From: Candidatus Latescibacterota bacterium | GTDB lineage: Bacteria > Latescibacterota > UBA2968 > UBA8231 | Assembly (NCBI GenBank): GCA_965248355.1 | Contig: OZ252098.1 | Span: 672,001-736,000, forward strand | Length of the DNA: 64,000 bases | Reading direction: 5' to 3' | Shown: one piece after another, positions 19,347 through 31,480 of the stretch | How positions within the stretch are numbered: position 1 is the first letter of the stretch | Layout of the letters: each line of letters opens with the position of its first letter | Translations under genes and position numbers: made by a program | Notes under the pieces: model-generated | Database searches by the model: none | Told to the model about the DNA's origin: nothing | The model's input: the letters and a program-made list of their open reading frames with translations, nothing else

Positions 19347-20483
19347 ATGATCCCATCCCCTTTCTCCGACCTCGAGACCCCGGCGGTCCTGCTCGACCGG
19401 GCCGTCCTGCAAGCCAACATCGACGCCGTGCAGGACAAGGCCCGGCGCCACGGGCTGCGCCTGCGGCCCCACATCAAGACCCACAAGTCCCTGGAGATCG
19501 GCCGCCTGCAGATGGCGGCAGGCGCCTGCGGAATCACGGCGGCCCGGGCCGACGAGGCCCTGGTCTTCGCCCGGGGCGGCTTCGCCTCGGTGACCCTGGC
19601 CCAACCCCTGCTGACGGCCACCAAGCTCGACCGCCTGCTGATCGAGGGCCGCGACCTCGGGGTGGACCTGCGCCTCATCGTCGACAGCCGGGAAGGGCTG
19701 GACCTGCTGGCCGCCAGGGCCCGGGAGCACGGGACCGAGCCGGGGGTCTTCCTCAAGATCGACGTGGGCCTGCACCGCTGCGGCCTGGCCGAAGACGACC
19801 CCGCCATCGCCGACCTGGCCGGGCGCATCCACGGGAGCGCGGAGCTGCGCTGGCGCGGCCTGCTGTCCCACGCCGGCCAGTCGTACGGCGCCGCCGACGC
19901 CGGGCAGGTGCGCGGCATCGCCGAGGCCGAGCGCCGCATCCTGCTGAGCGTGCGCGACCGCCTGCAGCGGCAGGGCCTGCCCGTCCCCGAAATCTCCGTG
20001 GGCTCCACCCCCACGGTGCTGGCCGCCGAGGATTTCGCGGGTCTCACCGAGATCCGGCCGGGCAACTACGTCTTCATGGACCACACGCCCCTGCGCCTGG
20101 GGCTGATCGAGCCGCTTCAGGTAGCCCTGAGCCTCCTGGCCACCGTCATCAGCCGCAACGACGAGTACTTCATCACCGATGCCGGCTCCAAGAGCCTGAC
20201 CTCCGACCAGGGCGCCCACGGCCTGCAGGGCGCGCCCGGCTACGGCACCGCCTACGCCCTGGCCGACTATGCCGGCCGGAGGAGCCCCCTCACCGTGGCC
20301 AAGCTCTCGGAGGAGCACGGCTTCGTCCCCAGGGGCGCGGTCGACCTGCCCCTCGGCAGCCGGCTGCGCATCGTGCCCAACCACTCCTGCCCGGTGGCCA
20401 ACCTGGCGCGCTCCTACGTCGTCGTCGACGGCGAGGAGATCACGGACACCTGGGCGGCCGAGGCGGCGGGCCCGAGCCGCTGA
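19347..20483 (+). CDS. Fold-type III PLP enzyme (D-serine dehydratase / D-threonine aldolase, DSD1 family)
   Basis: LETPAVLLD, LRPHIKTHK, VGSTPT, EIRPGNYVFMD, DAGSK, LSEEHG and PNHSC. Confidence 0.9.
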   Translation: MIPSPFSDLETPAVLLDRAVLQANIDAVQDKARRHGLRLRPHIKTHKSLEIGRLQMAAGACGITAARADEALVFARGGFASVTLAQPLLTATKLDRLLIEGRDLGVDLRLIVDSREGLDLLAARAREHGTEPGVFLKIDVGLHRCGLAEDDPAIADLAGRIHGSAELRWRGLLSHAGQSYGAADAGQVRGIAEAERRILLSVRDRLQRQGLPVPEISVGSTPTVLAAEDFAGLTEIRPGNYVFMDHTPLRLGLIEPLQVALSLLATVISRNDEYFITDAGSKSLTSDQGAHGLQGAPGYGTAYALADYAGRRSPLTVAKLSEEHGFVPRGAVDLPLGSRLRIVPNHSCPVANLARSYVVVDGEEITDTWAAEAAGPSR

Positions 20484-20497
20484 CCGGTGCGCAGAGC

Positions 20498-21811
20498 TTG
20501 TTCACCCCGTCGCGAATCCTGCCCGCCGTCCTGATGTCGATGCTGGCTGCGTCGGCGGCCGCCGGTGCGGTTCCGGGTTGGAAGTGGCAACCCCCCGAGG
20601 ACCGTCCCTTCCCCATGGTCGCCTGGTACGGCCCCGGCCGCGGGCTGCTCACCGACGAGGTCTGGAGCGATGTCGCCGAGGCGGGGTTCAACCTGTGCCT
20701 GCCCTCCTTCCACGGCACGACCGAGGAGTACCGGCGGACCCTCCAGCTCGGCGAGAAGTACGGCATCGGCCTGCTCCTGGGCGGCCTGGTCAACTGGGAG
20801 TGGGGGGAGAGGGAGGAGAAGGCCGAGGAACTCGTCGAGAGTTTGAAGGAGCGCACGGAGCGCTACTCGGCCGAGCCCGCCTTCGCGGCCTACGTCCTCA
20901 AGGACGAGCCCCACGCGGTCAGCTTCCCGGCCCTGGCCCACAGCCGCCGGCTCCTGGCCCGCATGGATCCCGGCCACTTCGCCTACGTCAACCTCTTCCC
21001 CAACTACGCCCCGGTGAACGAGCGGGAGAACTACCTCGGCACCCGCGACTACCAGGAATACGTCGACCGCTACATGGAGGTATTCCGGCCCGAGGTCCTC
21101 ATGTTCGACCACTATGCCGTCGAGGGCTACCGGTTCCGCGAGGCCGACTACGCCATCCGCGTGCGGCCCGAATACTTCGAGAACCTCGAGATCATCCGCG
21201 CCGCGGCCCTCGAGCACCGCGTCCCCTTCTGGGCCTTCACCCTGAGCACGCCCGTGTTCTCCTACCCGACCCCCACCGAGGGTCACCTGCGCTTCCAGCT
21301 CTACTCCTGCCTGGCCTACGGCGCCCGGGGGATGCAGTACTTCACCTACGGACCCGCCGAGGGGGAGAACGGGCTGATCGACGGCCAGGGGAAGAGGGGA
21401 CCCTGGTACGAGACGGCGAAGCGGATCAACCGGGAGATCCAGAACATGGGCGGCCTGCTGCTGGCCCTGACCTCCACCGCGGTCTTCCACACCTCCCCCC
21501 AGCCGCGGGGCACGACGTGGATCCACGAAGGCCACGGGGGACTCGCCAGCTGCCTGGGCGCGCCGGCGGTGCTCGGCTTCTTCGACGGCCCCGCTGGCCG
21601 CCGCTTCCTGTTGGTCGTGAACCGCGATCCCATGAAGGCCGCGGAGCTGACCCTGACCTTCGCCGAGGGCGTCGCCGTGGCCGAGGTCGACCGGTCCCGG
21701 ACCGACGGGGCCGTGCGGCCGGTGGACCTCACGGACGGCGAGCTGAAGATGACCCTCTCCGACGGCGACGGACGCCTGCTGGAGCTGATCCCGCGACTAG
21801 ACCTGAAATAA
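20498..21811 (+). CDS. Secreted glycoside-hydrolase-like protein; last codons supplied by an IS end
   Basis: Signal peptide (...LAASAAAGA), LKDEP, YVNLFP, MFDHY and AYGARGMQYFTY. The stop codon lies inside the IS1380 inverted repeat. Confidence 0.62.
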   Translation: MFTPSRILPAVLMSMLAASAAAGAVPGWKWQPPEDRPFPMVAWYGPGRGLLTDEVWSDVAEAGFNLCLPSFHGTTEEYRRTLQLGEKYGIGLLLGGLVNWEWGEREEKAEELVESLKERTERYSAEPAFAAYVLKDEPHAVSFPALAHSRRLLARMDPGHFAYVNLFPNYAPVNERENYLGTRDYQEYVDRYMEVFRPEVLMFDHYAVEGYRFREADYAIRVRPEYFENLEIIRAAALEHRVPFWAFTLSTPVFSYPTPTEGHLRFQLYSCLAYGARGMQYFTYGPAEGENGLIDGQGKRGPWYETAKRINREIQNMGGLLLALTSTAVFHTSPQPRGTTWIHEGHGGLASCLGAPAVLGFFDGPAGRRFLLVVNRDPMKAAELTLTFAEGVAVAEVDRSRTDGAVRPVDLTDGELKMTLSDGDGRLLELIPRLDLK

Positions 21812-23082
21812 GCGTGTCGCCCGATGGCCGGCCTCGCTGACGGGCGGCTGAAGCCGGGAGGTCGTGAAATCGGGTTTTACGCTGTCGATGGGGGATCGAG
21901 TGGCTTTCATCGAGTGTCGGGGACGGCAGATTGGGCAGCGTCCTCCCGTGGTCGTGTGTGGAGCCCGACGAACCGGCCGGTCGGCGGCGGGCGGCGGCGT
22001 GAGCGTCAGAACACGGTGCGTTCGATGGTTCGCCAGGTACTGGCGATCGCTCTGGCGGTGCATCATCATCGCCATCCACGACTTGAGATTCCAGGCCAGC
22101 GTGGCCATGACCATGTAGGCCCAGTTGCTGACCAGGTCGTAGAGCGGCACGCGCATGGCGTGGACGCCGTTCTTGAGCTGCTCGATGACGTTTTCCTGGT
22201 CGCACCGCTGGTTGGCGCAGGCGACCACCTCGGCCGCGCTCAGGTCGGTGCGCGTGGTGATGTAGAAGAAGTAGCGGATCTCGTCGAACAGGGTCCGCTC
22301 GCCTTTCATCTGGCTGAGGTTCTTGCGCAGCGCCACGACCCGGTAGGGGCGCTGGCAGGCCCGCGGCTGGTAGTCGAACTCGGCCACGTCTTCGTAGTTG
22401 AGCTGGACGTTGACGAATTCGCGCTCCTTGACCAGGCGCTCTTTCTCGCGCGGCTGATACCGCTGCCGGTCGCGCCGTAGCTCGCTCCGCGTCTCCTCCT
22501 TCGAGCGGCGCTGCAAGCGCTGCCAGCACGCCTCCTCGAGCGCCTCGGCGTGGCGGCGCAGGGTCGCGTTGCAGTCCATGCCGAAGAGAAGTCGACCTGT
22601 TGCGCCCAGCGGTCGAAATGGCGGGTCAACGAAAAGTCGGTGTCGCCGCGCAAACAGATGCGGGCGTTGTAGGCCAGATTCAGCACGTGGTCCGACTCGT
22701 GATAGGGCAAGTGCACCTTCAACAGGTGCAGGCGCTGGTCGATCTGTTTCGGCAGGCCCAGCTTGGTCACCAGCCGATGCACCACGCCGATACCGCCATA
22801 GGGGGTCACGTCCGGGTGGGCGCCGATCTCGTAGTGCACCGGCCCGGCGGTGAACAGGGGCCGCGCCTGAGGCGACCAGTGTCCCGCTTTCGCGTGGCGC
22901 GCCTTCACCTTGCGCTGGCGTCGGGCCCTGTTCCTGCGGCTCTGCGGTGCCGATATTCTCTTCACCGGAAAGGCTCCTGCGTGGGGGGGAGCGAATCTCG
23001 CTTGGATGCTGCTAACTCCCACTACGGTAAGCCTTTCCGGCCTTTCAGAACAGCCAAATCGAACCCGCCACGCTTATTCAGG
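21802..23082 (-). mobile_element. IS1380-family element, copy 1 (internally deleted and frameshifted transposase)
   Basis: Ends CCTGAAATAAGCGTG and CACGCTTATTCAGG. Fragments HLLKVHLPYHESDHVLN, RGDTDFS and RCDQENVIEQLKNG. About 0.4 kb shorter than copy 2 (junction YNA|RICL near 22665). Confidence 0.82.
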
Positions 23083-23097
23083 GATAGGACGGGGATC

Positions 23098-25017
23098 ATG
23101 ACCAGGACGAGACGTACCATCGCGCAGGCCCTGACCCTGCTGCTGGGCCTCGGCACCACCGCCCAGGGGCTGACCATCTACCGCATCGGGGGTTCGATTC
23201 TGCCACCGCCCGAGCTGCCCGAGGGGGCCGACTTCGTGCAACTGGACTGGCAGGCCGCCGAGGACAGCGATCACGGCGCCATCGATCTGCTGCACGGGCT
23301 CGAGCCCGACGCCCTGGAGCCGGACAAGCTGGACCCGACGGTGAACCTGGCCCCCATTTTCGAGGAGATCGGCGGGCGCATCATGAGCTCCGCCTCGCAC
23401 GGCTTCGTGGCCGGGTTCAAACCAGACGCCGTCCTCTTTGACGGCGATCCCGAGACCGTGAGTCTCGGGGACGGCCACTGGGGCGGAGCCCACCACTACC
23501 GCTTCCTGGAACTCATCTTCGTGTTCCCGGGCACCTTCAGCATCGCGCGGATCAAGATGTATCCGCGCGAGCGATACATGTCGAGCCGCTTCGTGCAGTG
23601 GTTTCGCATCGGATTCAACGACGCCGAACGCAGCAGAAGGGGCGGCCCGGTCATCCGCGCCCTCAACTGGGAGTTCGAGCTCGTCTACGAGGACCTCGAA
23701 AACTCCCGGGGGTTCATCGAACTGACCACCCTGCCCGAGTACCCGGTGAAGGAGCTGCTCGTCTCGCTGGCCGAGAACACGCAGGGCATCTGGGAAATGG
23801 CCGAGATCGAGGTCTACGGCCGGGGCTACACGCCCGAGGCCACCTACGTGAGCCAGGTCATCGACCTCGGGGGTCCCTCCGCGCTGGGGGACCTCGGTTG
23901 GTCCGCCGAGGTCGACCCCGGAGCCGATCTGAAGTTGCGCATGCGGGCCGGGGACGATCCGGTTCCCAACAACTACTGGCGTTACACCTTCCGCGGCAGT
24001 GGGTCCACCAGCCGGTTGGACGAGCAAGGCCAGCCCCTGACAAAGGGCGGATACCTGGGCCTGGACAGGCGGGAACGGGCCGGGATCACGCCGGACACCG
24101 AGAACTGGGACGGTTGGAGCACGTCCTTCGACCACTCCGAAGGGACCGTGCCTTTCCAGGCCTCACGGCCCCGTCAGTACCTCCAGGTGCGCGCCGATTT
24201 CAACTCCACCGTCGACGCCGGCTCCCGCCTCCAGTACCTGCAGTTCGCCGTCTCCCAGCCGCCGCCGGCCACCGTGGTCTTCGGGGAGATCACCCCGACC
24301 ATGGCCTCCGTCGACGAGGTGACGCCCTTCACCTACCTGATGACGCCTGTCATGCGCTCCGGGAACTTCGGGTTCGACCGCATCCTCATCGACACGCCCA
24401 CCACCGTGGCCGGCATCGACGGCGTGCGCTTCAACGGCCAGCCCGTGGCCTACGAGGTTCTTCGCCTCGACGAGTCGGGCTTCGAGATCGCCATCCCCCG
24501 GGTCGACGAGAGCCGCGACGGCGAGCTCATCGAGATCGACTTCCGCTCCCGGATCTTCCGGTTCGGCACCGTCTTTTCCGGCCGGGTCATGGACAGCCAG
24601 CGTCCGGAGGAGGTGGCGCAGGTGGTCTCCCCCGGCGAGGCGGACCCGATCGTCGACAGCAACACCCTGAGCGTCGGCCTGGAGGAGGTGGGCCGGCGGA
24701 CGGTCAATGCCCTCACCGTCGAGCCGCCGGTCTTCAGCCCCAACGGAGACGGCATCAACGACCGGATGAGTTTCGAGTACGAGCTGGTGAACGTGGGGGG
24801 TGACGCCGAGGTGGCCGTCGTCCTCTACGATCTGCGGGGCTCGCCCGTGGAGGAGGTCTTCCGCGGACCGGCCGGCAGCGGCCGGTTCCGCGCGGAGTGG
24901 GACGGCCGCGATGCCGGGGGACGCCTCCTCGGGCCGGGGATCTACATCCTGCGGATCGAGGTCGAGTCGGACCTCGGAATCAGGTCCAGGGAAAGGGTCG
25001 TCTCCCTCGTCTACTAG
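23098..25017 (+). CDS. Secreted protein with a C-terminal FlgD-like Ig domain
   Basis: ATG at 23098 and a signal peptide. C-terminal FSPNGDGIND...LYDLRG...WDGRDAGG...PGIYILRI. Confidence 0.8.
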   Translation: MTRTRRTIAQALTLLLGLGTTAQGLTIYRIGGSILPPPELPEGADFVQLDWQAAEDSDHGAIDLLHGLEPDALEPDKLDPTVNLAPIFEEIGGRIMSSASHGFVAGFKPDAVLFDGDPETVSLGDGHWGGAHHYRFLELIFVFPGTFSIARIKMYPRERYMSSRFVQWFRIGFNDAERSRRGGPVIRALNWEFELVYEDLENSRGFIELTTLPEYPVKELLVSLAENTQGIWEMAEIEVYGRGYTPEATYVSQVIDLGGPSALGDLGWSAEVDPGADLKLRMRAGDDPVPNNYWRYTFRGSGSTSRLDEQGQPLTKGGYLGLDRRERAGITPDTENWDGWSTSFDHSEGTVPFQASRPRQYLQVRADFNSTVDAGSRLQYLQFAVSQPPPATVVFGEITPTMASVDEVTPFTYLMTPVMRSGNFGFDRILIDTPTTVAGIDGVRFNGQPVAYEVLRLDESGFEIAIPRVDESRDGELIEIDFRSRIFRFGTVFSGRVMDSQRPEEVAQVVSPGEADPIVDSNTLSVGLEEVGRRTVNALTVEPPVFSPNGDGINDRMSFEYELVNVGGDAEVAVVLYDLRGSPVEEVFRGPAGSGRFRAEWDGRDAGGRLLGPGIYILRIEVESDLGIRSRERVVSLVY

Positions 25018-25018
25018 A

Positions 25019-26725
25019 CCTGAAATAGGCGCGTTCGCCGCGGTCGAAGGACGCCGTGCGGCCAGGGACGCCCGTTCGTCATGGGGCCAGGGATTGGGCA
25101 GTTGATGGATGGCCGGGTGCCTGGATTGCGTGATTTTGTCGTTGGTAGCGGCAGAGTCCTGCCGGGGTCGTCCGAGAGCCCGACGGGTGGCCGATGGTCG
25201 GCTTGTTGCGAAAGCGTGTCAGAAAACGGTGCGTTCGATGGTTCGCCATGTGCTGAAGAGCCGATCCACGGCAGGAGCATGAGGCTGTGAAGGAAGCGCC
25301 GAAACTCCATGCGTACGTACTCCTGCCGGTCGCTCTGGCGGTGCATCATCATCGCCATCCACGACTTGATGTTCCAGGCCAGCGTCGCCATGACCATGTA
25401 GGCCCAGTTGCTGACCAGGTCGTAGAGCGGCACGCGCATGGCGTTGACCCCATTCTTGAGCTGCTCGATGACGTTTTCCTGGTCGCAGCGTTCGTTGGCG
25501 CAGGACACCACTTCGGCCGCACTGAGGTCCGTGCGCGTGGTGATGTAGAAGAAGTAGCGGATGTCGTCGAGCAGGGTGAGCTCCCCTTTCCTCTTGCTGA
25601 GGTTCTTGCGCAGCACGACGACTCGATACGGACGGGCACAGGCCCGGGGCTGGTAGTCGAATTCGGCCACGTCTTCGTAGTTGAGTTTCACGTCCCAGAA
25701 GCCGCGCTCCTCGACGATGCGCTTCATCCCTCGGCTTGCGCTCCAGGCGTTGCCAGGCCGCCTCGTCGAGAGCCTCGGCGCGACGGCGCAGGGCGGCGTT
25801 GCAGTCCATGCCGAACACGAAGTCCACCTGCTTCGCCCAACGGTCGAAGTGGGCGGTCAGCGAGAAGTCCGTGTCGCCTCGCAGGCAGACCCTCGGGGCC
25901 TGGGGGGTCAGCAGGGCGATGGCCTTGTCCAGCCAGCGCGCCGCGCCGGTGTGGCTCGGCACGTTCCCGGGACGATTCACGACGTAGAGCACCTCCTTGG
26001 TGTTGGCCAGAGACACGACCAGCGGATGGTAGCCCCAGATGCCTTTGTAGGAAATCTCCATCCCGGCCTTGCGCTCTCCGCAGGTCGGCGCCAGCACGCC
26101 GTCCACATCGATGTAGGCCATCGGTCCCAACAGGTCGCGGCCCCGCCCTTGCCACAACTTCGGGCGCACCGCGTTGATCGCCTCCATCAGTTCGACCACG
26201 TCGGACGCCTCGAAACGTCGACAGAAGTCCCCCGCGGTCGTCGGGTCGGGGATCAGGTCGTGTCGGCGGATCTCGATATCCTGCAGCCGAGTGCCGCCGC
26301 ACAGCGCGTTGTAGCTCAAATTCAGCACGTGGTCCGACTCGTGATACGGCAAGTGCACCTTCAGCAAGTGCAGGCGCCGGTCGATCTGCTCCGGCAGTCC
26401 CAGCTTCGTCACCAGGCGATGCGCGACCGCAATCCCGCCATAGCTCATCACGTCGGGGTGGCCACCGATCTCGTAGTGCACCGGGCGGGCGCTCAACATC
26501 GGCCGGGCCTGAGCCGACCAATGTCCCGCCTGCGAATGAGCGGCCTGCACGCGGCGTTTCCGTCGTGCACTGTTCCTCCGACTCTGCTTGGCCGTAATTC
26601 TCTTCACCGGAAAGGCCCTCCGTGTTGGGGTAGCGAATTCCTCCAGAATCCTGCTAACTCCTACTACGGTAAGCCTTTCCGGCCTTTCAGAACAGCCCAA
26701 TCGAACCAACCACGCTTATTTCAGG
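25019..26725 (-). mobile_element. IS1380-family element, copy 2 (frameshifted transposase pseudogene)
   Basis: Ends CCTGAAATAGGCGCG and CACGCTTATTTCAGG, flanked by ACTAGA at 25013-25018 and 26726-26731. IPDPTTAGDFCRRF, YIDVDG, GYHPL and RGDTDFS. Frameshift near 25730. Confidence 0.86.
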
Positions 26726-26832
26726 ACTAGAGCGGCGACCCTGGGGGACCCCGTTCCATCCCGCGGGCCCTCCGCGCACAGGCCGGTCGAATCTGGACAT
26801 GCGGAGAGGGCCCCGGTACCTTCGACAGCGCC

Positions 26833-28614
26833 ATGGCCTTCCGTCTCGATCCGGCTGAATCCGTCCCCGACGGGGTGCGGCGGATCGCCCACGAGCAGCT
26901 CGACCACTCCATCCACCGTCTCACCGAAGGCACCGGCGACCGCGACCGCGACGTGCACTCGGCCCGCAAGTCGATGAAGTGCCTGCGGGGCTTGGTGCGC
27001 CTCGTGCGCCCGGACCTCGGGCGCGACATCTACCGGCGCGAGAACGAGACCTACCGCGACACGGCCCGCCAACTGGCCGGCCTGCGCGACGCCACCGTGC
27101 TCGCGGCCACCCTGGACCAGGTGGCGGCCGGCCTCAACGGCGACGCCGGGGACCTCGGTCCCCTCCGGGAGCGTCTGGCCGGCCGCCGGGGCCGGGCCTG
27201 CGAGTCCGGCGAGAGAGCGCCCGTCCTCGGCGCCTGCGCCGAGGTCCTGCGCCAGGCCCGGGATCGCGTCGACCACTGGCCCCTGCAGGACGCCGGGTGG
27301 AGCGGGCTCGGCCTCGGGCTGCTGGCCGTCTACCGCCGGGGCCGCGGCGAGTGCCGGCAGGCGAGCTGGCGGCCGTCGGTGGAGAGCCTGCACCAGTGGC
27401 GCAAGCGGGTGAAGTACCTGTGGTACCACAGCCGCCTCCTGCAGCCCCTGTGGCCGGCGGCGATGGCCGCCTGGCGAGGAGAGCTGGACCGCCTCGGCGA
27501 GCTGCTGGGGGACGATCACGACCTGGCCGTCCTCGCCGGGGTGCTGCGCAAGGAGGGAGAGCCGGAGGGGGAGGAACTGCTGGGACCGATCTCCCGGCGG
27601 CGCCACGAGCTGCAGGAGGAGGCCCGCGTCCTGGGGATGCGCGTCTACTCCGAGCGGCCGAAGGACCTGCGCCGCCGCCTGCGGGGCTACTGGCGGGCCT
27701 GGGAGGAGGAGAGGCGCCGAATGTCCGGGGCGGCGCCGGCGCCGGCGGCTTCCACCACCCTCGAGCGGGTGGCCGACACCCGCTGCCGCACGGGGGAGGG
27801 GCCCCTCTGGCACGAACAGGAGCAGCGCCTCTACTGGGTCGACATCCCCGAGGGCCGCCTGTACCGCTACGATCCCGCCACGGGCGCCCACGAGCAGGTC
27901 TTCCAGGGTGAGCCCATCGGCGGCTTCACGGTGCAGGCCGACGGCTCGCTGCTGCTGTTCATGGCCCGCGGCGCCATCGCCGTGTGGCGGCCGGACCGGC
28001 CCCTGTCCCCCGTGGTGGAGGAGATCCCCGTGGAGCGGGACTCCCGCTTCAACGACGTCATCGCCGACCCCGAGGGGCGCGTGTTCTGCGGCACCATGCC
28101 GGGCCCGGCCGGCGGTGGCCGCCTCTACCGGCTCGACCGCGACGGCACGCTCACCGAGCTGCTCGACGGGGTGGGGCTTCCCAACGGCCTGGGGTTCTCG
28201 CCCGACGGCGGCCGGATGTACTTCGCCGACTCGAAGGCCGGGGTCATCTGGAGGTTCGCCTACGACCGGGTCACCGGGGAATTGTCCGACCGCCGCGTCT
28301 TCGCCGACACCGCCGGCCGGGAGGGCGCCCCGGACGGTCTGGCCGTCGACGCCGAGGGCGGCGTCTGGTGCGCCCGCTGGAACGGCGGCTGCCTGGTCCG
28401 CTACCGGCCCGACGGCGGCGAGGAGCGGCGGGTCGAGCTGCCGGCGCGCAAGGTGTCCAGCGCCTGCTTCGGGGGGCCCGGCCTCGACGAGCTCTACGTG
28501 ACCACGGCCGGGGGCCCCGACCGCGACGCGGAAGGCCCCGGCGCCGGCGCCCTCTTCCGGCTGCGTCCCGGCCTTGCGGGCCGGCCCGGCTTCCCCTCGA
28601 GGATCGGACTGTGA
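26833..28614 (+). CDS. CHAD domain fused to an SMP-30/gluconolactonase/LRE domain
   Basis: CHAD motifs VHSARKSMK, LRDATV, LHQWRKRVKYL and LGDDHDL. SMP-30 motifs GEGPLW, RFND, PNGLGFSPD and PDG. Confidence 0.82.
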   Translation: MAFRLDPAESVPDGVRRIAHEQLDHSIHRLTEGTGDRDRDVHSARKSMKCLRGLVRLVRPDLGRDIYRRENETYRDTARQLAGLRDATVLAATLDQVAAGLNGDAGDLGPLRERLAGRRGRACESGERAPVLGACAEVLRQARDRVDHWPLQDAGWSGLGLGLLAVYRRGRGECRQASWRPSVESLHQWRKRVKYLWYHSRLLQPLWPAAMAAWRGELDRLGELLGDDHDLAVLAGVLRKEGEPEGEELLGPISRRRHELQEEARVLGMRVYSERPKDLRRRLRGYWRAWEEERRRMSGAAPAPAASTTLERVADTRCRTGEGPLWHEQEQRLYWVDIPEGRLYRYDPATGAHEQVFQGEPIGGFTVQADGSLLLFMARGAIAVWRPDRPLSPVVEEIPVERDSRFNDVIADPEGRVFCGTMPGPAGGGRLYRLDRDGTLTELLDGVGLPNGLGFSPDGGRMYFADSKAGVIWRFAYDRVTGELSDRRVFADTAGREGAPDGLAVDAEGGVWCARWNGGCLVRYRPDGGEERRVELPARKVSSACFGGPGLDELYVTTAGGPDRDAEGPGAGALFRLRPGLAGRPGFPSRIGL

Positions 28615-30088
28615 AGGGCGGGGTGGAGGAGCCGCGGCGCGGCCAGGGATCCCTGAGCCGGCGCCTGGTCTTCAGCTTCGTCACCCTCGCCCTGGCCGGG
28701 TTGGGGGGCAGCGGCTGGATCCTCTACCGGCAGGCCCTCCACAGCCTCGAGGAGCAGCTCGCCTCGCACCTGAAGGTGGAAGCGCAGATGATCTCCACCG
28801 AGCTGGCGAGGAGCAGCGTCATCAGCCTGCGGCCCGGCATGGAGGGCAACTTCCTGCACCAGCTGCTCCAGCAACGCATGCGCGATGCCCAGAAGGCCCT
28901 GGGGGCGCGCCGCATCTACGTATTCCACCGCAACGGCCGGAGTCTGCTCGACACGGAGGAAGGCAAGCGCATCGGCCGCGAGATCCACCTGCTCACCTTC
29001 CACAAGCCCCAGGTGGAGGCCATGTGGCGGGGCGAGCCGGCGAACACCCAGCGGTTCACGGACGAGGACACGGGCGACCACTACATGACCGGGTACGCGC
29101 CGATCTACCGGGCCGGCCGCATCGTGGCCGGCGTGGGGGTGGACATGGGCGCCGGGTACATGGACGCCATCCTCGGCTTCAAGCGCTCCGTCTACCTGCT
29201 CGCCGGCCTGGGCACCTTGCTCACCTTCCTCGTCGGCCTCGGCGTGGCGCGCCACATCACCGGCCCCGTCCACCGCCTGGTGACGGCGGCGCGCGAGATC
29301 GGCCGCGGCAACCTCGGCCGGGCCGTGCAGGTGCAGGCCCGCGACGAGATCGGCTACCTGGGTCAGACGATGGAGGAGATGCGCAGCAAGCTGCTGACCC
29401 GCGACGCCCAGCTGCGCCAGATGCTGGCCGGGGTCGCCCACGAGATCCGCAACCCCCTGAGCGGCATCGAGATCTACGCCGGCCTCATCGCCGACGAGCT
29501 GCCCTCCGGCGATCCCCGGCGGGAGCACATCCACAAGGTGACCGCCCAGGTGAACACCATGAACCAGGTGATCTCCGAGTTCCTGCACTTCGCCCGGCCG
29601 CCTTCGCCCCAGCCCGGCGAGGTGGTGCTGTCCCAGCTGGTGGACGACGCCCGTTTCCTGCTGTCGCCCGAGATGGAGGCCGCCGGCGTCACCTTCCACA
29701 CCGAGGTGGCGCCCGAGGCGCGGGTCCACGCCGACCCGGAGCAGGTGAAGCGGGCGGTGGTCAACCTGATGAAGAACGCGGTGCAGGCCATGTCCGAGGG
29801 GGGCGCCCTGACCGTGCGCGCCGAGCGCGCCGGGGACGACGTGGCCCTGGAGGTGGAGGACACCGGTCCGGGCCTGCCCGAGGAGGTCCGCCAGCGCCTC
29901 TTCGAGCCCTTCTTCACCACCCGCGAGAAGGGCTCCGGCCTGGGTCTGGCCATCGTCCAGCAGACGGCGGAGACCAACGCCGGCCGCGTCGAGGTCGAGT
30001 CCATTCCCGGGCGCGGTTCCGTCTTCCGTCTCGTGCTGCCGGCCTCCGGGGCGGTGCCCGCGCCGGCGGCGGCGCAGGAGGTCGGCGC

Positions 30089-30092
<4 letters not shown>
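28611..30092 (+). CDS. Membrane sensor histidine kinase (HAMP-HisKA-HATPase)
   Basis: Two TM helices, HAMP (RDEIGYL), AHEIRNPL, NLMKNA, DTGPG, FEPFFTT and GSGLGL. Confidence 0.92.

Positions 30093-31476
<1,384 letters not shown>

Positions 31477-31480
<4 letters not shown>

Noticed and set aside
22600..23097. N-terminal extension of the FlgD-domain protein
   Set aside because: Antisense of the IS1380 remnant. The signal peptide starts at 23098.
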